From the NCBI RefSeq assembly GCF_002238045.1, contig NZ_NBYO01000001.1, positions 1,466,161 to 1,490,160 on the forward strand: DNA of 24,000 nucleotides, read 5' to 3'. The notes under the pieces are model-generated. The model ran no database searches. It was not told the DNA's origin and saw nothing but the letters and a program-made list of their open reading frames with translations. Within the stretch, counting starts at the first letter, position 1; every line of letters begins with the position of its first letter. Source of the stretch: Notoacmeibacter marinus. GTDB taxonomy: Bacteria > Pseudomonadota > Alphaproteobacteria > Rhizobiales > Rhizobiaceae. This document shows, one piece after another, positions 8,140 through 15,530 of the stretch. Made by a program: the position numbers and the translations under genes.

Positions 8140-10331
8140 TGGACTTCTCCTGCAGTGCGGGCCAGCAGGGCGTCGATCTGCGCCTGGGTCATGGGCTCGT
8201 TGCCGATGACGCCGCCTTCGAGGCCCGCCCGAATCATGGCAAAGTCCGCCAGATCGCCCGGGTCGTCCGTCTCATCATGGCAAAGCGTGCCAACCGGCAC
8301 CTCGGTGCACGGCCCGAGATCGGCGGCGCGCTGGCGCATGTTGAGCGTGACGCCGAACGCTTTCGGCCCGTCTGCGCGTTTCGTCATCACCAGCGTCGGA
8401 TGCTCGGCTTTGGCGCCGCCGGCTGTCGTGTAGCGATAGGGCGTTTCGGCCTGCCAATCCGGCGGAAGGGTCCAGGCCAGACCGGTTTCGGCGTCGAAAT
8501 AGCGGCACGGGACCGGCGTATCGCAGCGATAATCCGAGCGGTTTTCGCCCTTGGCGGGCGGGGCGTCGTCCTCTCCAATGTGACTGGCGCTCGGCGGTAT
8601 CAGGTCGATCGTGCCGACATCGAGGGTGATCGCGCCGTCCCGGTCGAGCTTCAGCCGGTAAGCGCCCGGTTCGAGCGCCGCCGGTACGCCGAAGCCTTCC
8701 GCCGTCTCCAGCGTCATCTGCGCCGCTTCCTGTCCGCTCTCATCGAGAAAAATGAGCCTGTCGCCGGCGCGGACAGCACCGTTCAGTCGCAGACCATCGG
8801 GATCGGACGTCACCAATGGTTCAGCCGCGACGATGGCCAGTTCCTGCGGCTCGACTTCGATCGGAAGACGCGCCATCTCGATGCGGTCGCCGTAAGGATC
8901 GGCGACGAGAATGACATCGTAGGGCCCGGGCGACATCGTGGCGAGAATGGAGGTGAATTCGCCGTCCAGTTCCGCACTGTCGATCTCCTCGCGATCGGCG
9001 CCGCCGCGCGGCACGATCCGGTAGCGTGCTTCCGGCATCGGCTCTTCGGCAGAGCCGTCGAGCCAGAGCGTGATCGCCTCGCCATGACGCGCGGGCGTGT
9101 CGAGCGCGATCCGGACGGTCGGCAGAGCCGCCTTCTCCGAGACGATCTCGACAGGCGCGTCCATATAGATGTCGTCGAGATTTTCGCCGGTGATGCGAAG
9201 GCGGTATCGGCCCGGCTCGTCCGGGATGCCCCACTCATCGGCATAGACGCCGACCGGTTCCGCCGAAAGAAAGCTGCGCTTGACGACTTCGCCGACTTCC
9301 TTCGCCCAGACCAGCCGCCAGGTCTGGTTTGGCGGCATCGGATCGCGCACATCGATACGAATTTCGGCCAGTTCGCCGGCCACGAACGGCCCTTCGGTCA
9401 GAAGCGCGAACCGCGTCCGGCCCACATCATAGGGGATTTCGTATCGCTCACCGGCGACCGGGGTGATCTCGATGCTGCCGCGCCCAATTCCCTCGGCCGT
9501 GATCCGCCATTCTTCGTCGCTCAATGTCACCGGCATCGCCTGCAATATCTGGTCCGCGCCGGTCAATGTGCCGAGATCGCGTGTTTCTCCGGTCGCCAGA
9601 TTGGTCGCCGAAAAGGTGATTTCGGACGGCCGGCTGACCCCTTCGGCAGGCGCCAGGACGATCTTGATCTCTGTCGGGTTCGGCTCCTCCGGCTCGCTCG
9701 CCGCGACATCGGCAAAGGCTTCGTTCAGGCTGGCGGCGTCGGACGCATCGAGGTAGCGGCCGCCGGTGTTCTCCGCCAGGCACTGCAGCTGGGCCTTGTC
9801 GTCCGGATCGGTGATGTCAAAGCCGATGACATGCGCCGTGAAATCGACGCCAAGCCGCTCCAGTTCCGCGCCGACCGCGCAGGGGTCTGCGTTGCAGGTC
9901 TCGCGCCCATCGGAGAGCAGCACGACCGTGGCGGCGTTCTCGGTGAATTTCAGAACGTCGGCGGCCTTGCGCACGGCGTCGGAGAGCGGCGTCTTGCCCT
10001 TGGGCGTCAGCCGGTTCACAACGCCCGGCATGGCATCGGCCGATGTCCGGCTCGGCTTGGACATCACCTCGATATCGCTGCAATCGCCCTTGCGGCGGTG
10101 CCCATAGGCGACGAGGCCGGCAGCCACGCCGTCGCGCGCCCAACCGGCGGATAGATCGCCGAAAGCCTGACGGGCGATCTCGATCTTCGTCACGCCGTCG
10201 ATCTGCCCCCACATCGAGCCGGACACGTCGAGCACGACCATGAGTTGGCGGCCATCGTCCGCCGCTATTGCGCATGGTCCTGCCGAGAGCCCTGCGGCAA
10301 GCGCCGCGAAGGCCAGAATTGTCTTTCGCAT
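8136..10331 (-). CDS. Secreted von Willebrand factor type A (vWA) domain protein with C-terminal repeated beta-sandwich-like modules
   Basis: Signal peptide MRKTILAFAALAAGLSAGPCAIA. MIDAS motif LDVSGSM followed by the vWA core (...LTPKGKTPLSDAV...VVLLSDGRETC). The recurrent module ending xPGxYxhxh occurs three times (EPGRYRLRI, SPGPYDVIL, EPGAYRLKL). The tail is Cys-containing. Confidence 0.8.
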   Translation of the reverse strand: MRKTILAFAALAAGLSAGPCAIAADDGRQLMVVLDVSGSMWGQIDGVTKIEIARQAFGDLSAGWARDGVAAGLVAYGHRRKGDCSDIEVMSKPSRTSADAMPGVVNRLTPKGKTPLSDAVRKAADVLKFTENAATVVLLSDGRETCNADPCAVGAELERLGVDFTAHVIGFDITDPDDKAQLQCLAENTGGRYLDASDAASLNEAFADVAASEPEEPNPTEIKIVLAPAEGVSRPSEITFSATNLATGETRDLGTLTGADQILQAMPVTLSDEEWRITAEGIGRGSIEITPVAGERYEIPYDVGRTRFALLTEGPFVAGELAEIRIDVRDPMPPNQTWRLVWAKEVGEVVKRSFLSAEPVGVYADEWGIPDEPGRYRLRITGENLDDIYMDAPVEIVSEKAALPTVRIALDTPARHGEAITLWLDGSAEEPMPEARYRIVPRGGADREEIDSAELDGEFTSILATMSPGPYDVILVADPYGDRIEMARLPIEVEPQELAIVAAEPLVTSDPDGLRLNGAVRAGDRLIFLDESGQEAAQMTLETAEGFGVPAALEPGAYRLKLDRDGAITLDVGTIDLIPPSASHIGEDDAPPAKGENRSDYRCDTPVPCRYFDAETGLAWTLPPDWQAETPYRYTTAGGAKAEHPTLVMTKRADGPKAFGVTLNMRQRAADLGPCTEVPVGTLCHDETDDPGDLADFAMIRAGLEGGVIGNEPMTQAQIDALLARTAGEVQ

Positions 10332-10334
10332 GGT

Positions 10335-10414
10335 TCTACCTGAGATTGGACAAGGGTTGCCGGAGCGTAACCGCGGCCACTATGCTCAACAAGCTCAGGA
10401 TTTCCTCAGGTAGA
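10335..10414. promoter_or_regulatory. Pair of inverted 10-nt motifs (TCTACCTGAG / CTCAGGTAGA) framing the vWA-luxR divergent promoter
   Basis: 10335-10344 and 10405-10414 are perfect reverse complements. Each gene therefore carries CTCAGGTAGA in its own leader, 3 nt before the vWA ATG and 11 nt before the luxR GTG. Confidence 0.3.
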
Positions 10415-10425
10415 CGGTATCAATC

Positions 10426-11145
10426 GTGGATGCAGATCAGTTTGCCGACTATGTGGAGCGTCTCGGTCGGGCCGACTCCAGGGACGTGGTCTGGTCCGTC
10501 GTTTGCGGTTATTTCGATCAGGCCGGCTTCGATGGGGTGTTCTATGCCGATCTTGCGCCCGGCCGCGCGATCCTTCGCACCAATCTGACGAAATGCTGGA
10601 CCGATCACTACGCCGCCGAGCACTATTTCGACATCGATCCCTTTTTCCGGCATTCCTGCAGCCAGTTGGCCGTGACCTCGACGGGTCAGGACTATTTCGA
10701 CGAACACCCCTATCTCGACCGCCAGGAGCGCCAATTCATTCTAACGGCGGGCGAAACCGGCATGACGGCGGGGTTGGCGCTGCCCGTCCGCCTGGCCGGT
10801 CCGGGAGGGGTCGGCGGCTGGAACGTGGTGACGAGCCATGGCCGTGAAACGGTTGACCGCCTGCGTGGAAGTGGATGGAGGATCTTTCACCTCGCTGCGC
10901 TTCTGGCCCACGAGCGAATGCGCGACATGACCGCGACGGACAAATCCGCGCCGCTGACCGAGCGGGAGATGGAAACGCTGCGCTGGGCGGCCAGCGGCCT
11001 GCGAACCAAGGAAATCGCGCTGAAGATGCGCATCAGCGCGGCGACCGTGGAATTTCACGGCCGGAACGCCCGCCACAAGCTCGGCGCGAAAACCCGCGAG
11101 CAGGCCGTCGCCATCGCCCTGACACGCGGGCTGATAGCGATGTGA
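10426..11145 (+). CDS. LuxR-family transcriptional regulator with an N-terminal autoinducer-binding-like domain (LuxR solo)
   Basis: 239 aa with a GTG start. The N-domain has the W..Y...Y.DIDP pattern (WTDHYAAEHYFDIDPF). The C-terminal HTH reads LTEREMETLRWAASGLRTKEIALKMRISAATVEFHGRNARHKLGA. No LuxI-type synthase is in the window. Confidence 0.85.
   Translation: MDADQFADYVERLGRADSRDVVWSVVCGYFDQAGFDGVFYADLAPGRAILRTNLTKCWTDHYAAEHYFDIDPFFRHSCSQLAVTSTGQDYFDEHPYLDRQERQFILTAGETGMTAGLALPVRLAGPGGVGGWNVVTSHGRETVDRLRGSGWRIFHLAALLAHERMRDMTATDKSAPLTEREMETLRWAASGLRTKEIALKMRISAATVEFHGRNARHKLGAKTREQAVAIALTRGLIAM
10962..11145 (+). repeat. Direct repeat copy 1: the intact 3' end of luxR
   Basis: My hand alignment to 22685-22867 finds 19 substitutions plus one 1-nt gap over 184 nt, about 89% identity. 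Confidence 0.9.
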
Positions 11146-11277
11146 GGGGGCCATGCAAAAAGACGGTCCTGAAAGTTTATCGAACCCCCGATATGTCTCC
11201 GGCCCACGAGGCGGGCTTTGGCCAAAACATCGCTTTACGACGCTGCCCTGACACGCCCCCGCTGCTCGGACCGAAAA

Positions 11278-13134
11278 TTATTGCACTGGACGATATACTG
11301 TAATTCGACGATCAACATATGCGACAGGGACGGACGGTCCCACGGCACGATAGTCCTCCGGGAATTGCAGCCCAATCGGTTTCAGACTTGCGTTGAGCAC
11401 TTCGGTGGAGAGGCCGTTTCGCGCTCCTTCAGGGCCTGGCATATACACGGCGATCCACATGGTGCGCAGATCGTCCTCGGTCAGTCGTGACAGCGCCCAG
11501 GTCAGAAAGTCGTTACTCCCATCATAGCCGGATAGAATCCAGGGCATGGACGGCACCCGGAAATCACCCATCCAGTTCAAGCCCGGAGCGCGGCCCGACA
11601 GGTCCAGCAGAACAGGGCGACCGTCCTGCCGTGCTTCTTTCCATTGCCGCGTCTCGCGCAATGCCGCCATCGCGCGATAGGTCTCGGCGATGGGCGGTGT
11701 GACACGCCAGACTTCGCCGCCGGCCTGGACGCGTTCTGTCGCTGCTGAGAGGGGCTCAAGCATTCGGTAGGGTTTGGAAGCTGCCAGATCGAGCGCGCTG
11801 AATGTAAGGCCCGCGCCGAGAAGCACCGTTATAGCCATCGCCGTATGGCGGCCGCGCTCCAAAGCCAAGGCCACGAGGAAAAGCGCCGCAATGGATGCTC
11901 CCGTGAAGATTGTCGCATGCGAAATGATTCTGCTGGCCGTGCCCAGACTCAACCCATACGGTGCACAACCGAAGAGCGTCGCAAAGAGCGCCAAACGCAG
12001 ATCGCGGCCCGGCGCGAGCCAGACGAGTAGAGATGCGCCCAAGCCAAAAACCCATACGCGCTGGGCCATATTGTCGAAGTCGTTCACGTACTCCACCACG
12101 AGTGCGCATGTCCCGAGAAGTGCCAGCACCGTCAGGATCATCGGCATCCAACGCTGTCGGTCGTAGAGCCGGGTCTGCGCGAGGCCAAGACACAAAAGTG
12201 GCAACATGAGCATCAGCGGTTCGCCGAAGAGATATTCGGCAAACTGGGCAAGCGTGTCGAAAAGCTCTACTATGAGCTTTCCCAGGCTCACGTCGTGACT
12301 GGCGAGGATCGCCGCCGTCTCGAACCCGGTCGTCAAACGTTCCCACAAGATGGACAGCGGGAGCGTTGCGGCGGAGAGCAGCAGTGCAGAGACGAGCCCA
12401 CCCATGATGACGCAGGATGCGACGAGGACGAGCGCTCCGAACACCCGGCCTGCCGGGAGCCGCGCTTGCCACAGCGCGGCGAGGGCGAAGAGCGGCAGAG
12501 CCATTACGACGAAGGCGACGCCGGAGCTGATCTTCAGAAACAGCAAACAGAAGAGTGCCGCACCCAGAGCAAGTCCGCCGCCGATCGCGGCAGTGACCCT
12601 ACCGCTTGTTGCCGCGCTCCACAGTGCCCAGAGCGCAGCCGAGGCGATGAAGACGACCGGGAGGACGAGCCCGTTGTAATTCGGGTCCATCAGAAGCCAT
12701 TTGTAGTAGGCCGAGTTCCCGGCCATGGCTGCAAGAAGCCCGGCAAGCAGAAGCGGCCACGGTTCTCCCTGCCGTCGTGCCCCAAGAATGGCGGGCACCA
12801 GTAAAGCGAGCGGGGCCGCGAAGATGAAGATGAGCGTGGCAAGCCGGATGGTTTGCAACGAGGCGTCCCCTGCGAAGGCGGCGACCAACGGACCGAAACC
12901 CGTCAGATTGCTGGCGATCTCGGCGTATTCCGTGTGCATGAGGACGTAGAAGGCACTGTCGGACAGCTCTGGTCCGAGGTCGATCGCGCCCCAAAGGAAG
13001 AACAGGGCCCATCCCAGCGCACCTGCCGCCAGAGCCAACGAGAGCCAGGGGACGAGATCGGCAAGAACACCCATCGCCCGCGTTGCGACCCTGATGGAGG
13101 CCGCCTTTGCTGGCAAAGTGCTGGGCGCGGTCAT
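11278..13134 (-). CDS. Polytopic inner-membrane protein with a C-terminal soluble domain; candidate GT-C-type (ArnT/Gtr-like) polyprenyl-phosphate-sugar-dependent glycosyltransferase
   Basis: About a dozen hydrophobic segments are followed by a ~150-aa non-hydrophobic C-terminus. Acidic residues sit in the first predicted loop (DLGPELSDS). Start set at ATG 13134 (GGAGA RBS) rather than 13245. It is transcribed divergently from the sugar operon. The fold assignment is inference. Confidence 0.55.
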   Translation of the reverse strand: MTAPSTLPAKAASIRVATRAMGVLADLVPWLSLALAAGALGWALFFLWGAIDLGPELSDSAFYVLMHTEYAEIASNLTGFGPLVAAFAGDASLQTIRLATLIFIFAAPLALLVPAILGARRQGEPWPLLLAGLLAAMAGNSAYYKWLLMDPNYNGLVLPVVFIASAALWALWSAATSGRVTAAIGGGLALGAALFCLLFLKISSGVAFVVMALPLFALAALWQARLPAGRVFGALVLVASCVIMGGLVSALLLSAATLPLSILWERLTTGFETAAILASHDVSLGKLIVELFDTLAQFAEYLFGEPLMLMLPLLCLGLAQTRLYDRQRWMPMILTVLALLGTCALVVEYVNDFDNMAQRVWVFGLGASLLVWLAPGRDLRLALFATLFGCAPYGLSLGTASRIISHATIFTGASIAALFLVALALERGRHTAMAITVLLGAGLTFSALDLAASKPYRMLEPLSAATERVQAGGEVWRVTPPIAETYRAMAALRETRQWKEARQDGRPVLLDLSGRAPGLNWMGDFRVPSMPWILSGYDGSNDFLTWALSRLTEDDLRTMWIAVYMPGPEGARNGLSTEVLNASLKPIGLQFPEDYRAVGPSVPVAYVDRRITVYRPVQ

Positions 13135-13246
13135 CGTATGATCTCCATTCTGCCCCGTGGAGTGGACGGATTGCGGCTTTGGATTCGGCAGCGTGTGGTG
13201 TATGTGCCAAACGATCTGCGTTGTCCATGAGAGGTGTCCCACCACA

Positions 13247-13627
13247 ATGTTCAGCTATGCGACGTCCTTGGTTTTGCTGGCCTTGAGCATAATGTCGGTG
13301 GCGTCGTCTCAGTTGATCCTGAAATGGCGATTGGGCGATCTGACCGGTGAAGGCGACGGACGTTTGCCGTTGAGCCGATTTATCTGGGCCGCGGTCTCGG
13401 ATGTCTGGGTCTGGGCCGGCGGTGCTTTGATCATCGTCAGCGCTGCCATGTGGTATGCTGCACTGACGCGGCTTCCCTTGTCCTTCATGATGCCCGCCGC
13501 CGCCCTTATCGCGCCCATCACCGTGATTTTCGCATATTTCCTTCTTCGCGAGCCGGTCTCACTCGGTCAGGCTTCGGCGATCCTGGTCATCACGGCAGGT
13601 GTCGCATGGCTGAGCTACCAGCAGTAG
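13247..13627 (+). CDS. Small 4-TM EamA/SMR-like membrane protein, ArnE/ArnF-like candidate flippase for a polyprenyl-phosphate-linked sugar
   Basis: 126 aa from ATG 13247. It has four hydrophobic segments. SVASSQLILKW and LREPVSLGQASAILVITAGV resemble ArnE/ArnF (…SVAGQL…, …HEPVS…). It is the first gene of the operon. Confidence 0.6.
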   Translation: MFSYATSLVLLALSIMSVASSQLILKWRLGDLTGEGDGRLPLSRFIWAAVSDVWVWAGGALIIVSAAMWYAALTRLPLSFMMPAAALIAPITVIFAYFLLREPVSLGQASAILVITAGVAWLSYQQ

Positions 13628-13635
13628 GACAGGGC

Positions 13636-14514
13636 ATGGACAGGCTGCTCGATCGTCTCGATTCTTTTACAGAACGGCTGGACCGGGCAGCACTGGTGGA
13701 TGCCGTTCTCCGTTATCGGGATATGCCCCGTGACCGGGCGACGCTGATGATTGAGACGTATCTGGGCGAGATGCCGACAGGCGCACGGATCGTGGCGCCG
13801 CATCTACAGCCCGGCCAACGCATCCTGGAGGTCGGCTCCGGCATCGGCGTGCTGAGTGCATTCCTGTTGAGCGAAGGTTTCGAAGTTCTCGGGATCGAAC
13901 CGGGCCAGGACGGCGGTTTCAGCTTCATGACTGCGCTCTGCCAAGCGGTGCTCGATCAGATCCCGGCGGATTTTCGCCCGGATATCCTGCCCATCGGAGC
14001 CGAGGCGCTGACACCGGCGGAGCATGGGACCTTCGATTTGATCTTCTCGGCCAATGTGCTGGAGCATATCATGGCGCTCGACGCGGCGATTCCAGCCATG
14101 CGCGATGTGCTGAAACCCGACGGACTGATGCGGCACCTGTGTCCGAACTACCGCTTTCCCTACGAGCCGCATCTTGGCGTACCCCTGCTTCCTTTCGCGC
14201 CTCAGGCGACGCGTCACCTCATGCCCGGCAAGGTTGCCGCGAACCATGAAATCTGGTCGGGCGTGAATTTCATTACCGCTCACCGCATTGCACGTCTGGC
14301 GCGCGCGAACGGACTGTCCATCGCCTTCGATGATAGCGTGATGGGTGCCTATATGCGCCGGCTCAACGACGATCCCATTTTCGCCAGGCGCCATGGCGGC
14401 CTGCTGGGCGCCGTGGCGCGACGACCGCGCCTTGTGGAAGGGCTGGCGCGCCTGCTGGACGCGGTGCCTTCGGGATGGGCCAGCCCAATGACGCTGACAT
14501 TGCGTCACAGCTGA
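13636..14514 (+). CDS. Class I SAM-dependent methyltransferase
   Basis: Motif I ILEVGSGIGVLS and post-I/II FDLIFSANVLEH. The start at ATG 13636 lies 8 nt after the preceding stop; ATG 13606 is an alternative. Confidence 0.8.
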   Translation: MDRLLDRLDSFTERLDRAALVDAVLRYRDMPRDRATLMIETYLGEMPTGARIVAPHLQPGQRILEVGSGIGVLSAFLLSEGFEVLGIEPGQDGGFSFMTALCQAVLDQIPADFRPDILPIGAEALTPAEHGTFDLIFSANVLEHIMALDAAIPAMRDVLKPDGLMRHLCPNYRFPYEPHLGVPLLPFAPQATRHLMPGKVAANHEIWSGVNFITAHRIARLARANGLSIAFDDSVMGAYMRRLNDDPIFARRHGGLLGAVARRPRLVEGLARLLDAVPSGWASPMTLTLRHS

Positions 14515-14554
14515 GCCCGTTTGTCATTGAACGAAATACTTGTATGGACACTCC

Positions 14555-15502
14555 ATGAACAAATCTTTCGAAATTATTCTTGTCACCGGCGGGTTAGGCT
14601 TCATCGGCAAGCATTTCGTGCGACGCTGCCTGGATAACGGTTGCTTTGTGCGCAACATCGATAAGGTGAGCTACGCGGCAGACCTTAAATCGATGGTCGA
14701 ATTCGACGCCCACCCGCATTACCGGCTCCTGCAGATGGATGTCGCGGAGTGTGACTTCCTGCCGGAATGCGACGTCATCGTAAACTTTGCCGCCGAAAGC
14801 CATGTCGACAACGCCATTACGTCCAACAAGCAGTTCTGCCAGTCGAATTTCATGGGCGTCCAGAACATGCTTGAGCGGGTGCGTGCCAAGCAGGCGCGTG
14901 AACGCCCTCTGTTCATTCAGATCTCCACCGACGAGGTCTATGGCGACATCTCCAACGGAAAGCATTCCGAAGCCGATCTTTTGAAACCCTCGAACCCCTA
15001 TTCGGCGACGAAGGCCTCGGCGGACATGCTTGTCACCAGCTGGGGCCGGACCTACGGGATCGACTGGAACATCATGCGTCCGACCAACAATTACGGTTGC
15101 CAGCAATATCCCGAGAAGCTTATCCCCAAGAGCGCCTGGCGGATGCGGCGCGGTCAGCCGGCGCTGATGCACGGGGATGGCAGTTATGTGCGTTCCTGGC
15201 TCCATGCAGAAGATACGGTCGATGCCATCCTGACGGTGATCGAGCGGGGGGAGCGCAACAGCATCTACAATATCGGCAGCGATACCGAATTGCGTAACAT
15301 CGAAGTGCTTCGGGCGATCGCCGAGCATCTGAAGGTGCCCGAGGAAGATGCATGGATGGCGACCGGCAACCGAACGGGCCAGGATGTCCGCTACAGCCTC
15401 GACGACAGCAGGCTGCGAGAACTCGGCTGGGCGCCGAAGCGCCAATTTTTCGAGGAGTTGCCCGGCATTGTAGACAGCTTCGATTTCATGCGCTTCAGCT
15501 GA
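14555..15502 (+). CDS. rmlB: dTDP-glucose 4,6-dehydratase-like SDR (RmlB/RfbB family)
   Basis: ILVTGGLGFIGKHF, NFAAESHVDNAI, ISTDEVYG, NPYSATKASADML and NNYGCQQYPEKLIP together match the RmlB signature set. Start set at ATG 14555. Confidence 0.85.
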   Translation: MNKSFEIILVTGGLGFIGKHFVRRCLDNGCFVRNIDKVSYAADLKSMVEFDAHPHYRLLQMDVAECDFLPECDVIVNFAAESHVDNAITSNKQFCQSNFMGVQNMLERVRAKQARERPLFIQISTDEVYGDISNGKHSEADLLKPSNPYSATKASADMLVTSWGRTYGIDWNIMRPTNNYGCQQYPEKLIPKSAWRMRRGQPALMHGDGSYVRSWLHAEDTVDAILTVIERGERNSIYNIGSDTELRNIEVLRAIAEHLKVPEEDAWMATGNRTGQDVRYSLDDSRLRELGWAPKRQFFEELPGIVDSFDFMRFS

Positions 15503-15530
15503 GTGAGCGGAGCCAAGCGAGAGCCATACG

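Noticed and set aside
8130-10154. Very long antisense ORFs. Examples: 8130-10154 (+, 674 aa), 7114-8433 (+, 439 aa), 2802-3800 (+, 332 aa), 4941-5855 (+, 304 aa), 5946-6752 (-, 268 aa), 14594-15445 (-, 283 aa), 19615-20448 (-, 277 aa), 21398-22222 (-, 274 aa).
   Set aside because: Their translations are Arg/Ala/Gly/Pro-rich with no recognisable motifs. Each lies opposite a gene with clear family signatures. Long stop-free antisense frames are expected in high-GC DNA.
11218-11490. The 90-aa plus-strand ORF in the luxR/GT-C convergent spacer.
   Set aside because: Most of it is antisense to the 3' end of the GT-C-like gene. It has no RBS and no recognisable motif.
13202-13221. A tra-box/lux-box-like sequence ATGTGCCAAACGATCTGCGT in the divergent promoter of the glycan island.
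   Set aside because: It shares ATGTGC and ATCTGC with the ATGTGCAGATCTGCACAT-type box. However, it is not a palindrome (its two halves are not reverse complements) and it has extra spacer nucleotides. I could not find a convincing 18-20-bp dyad in 13135-13246.
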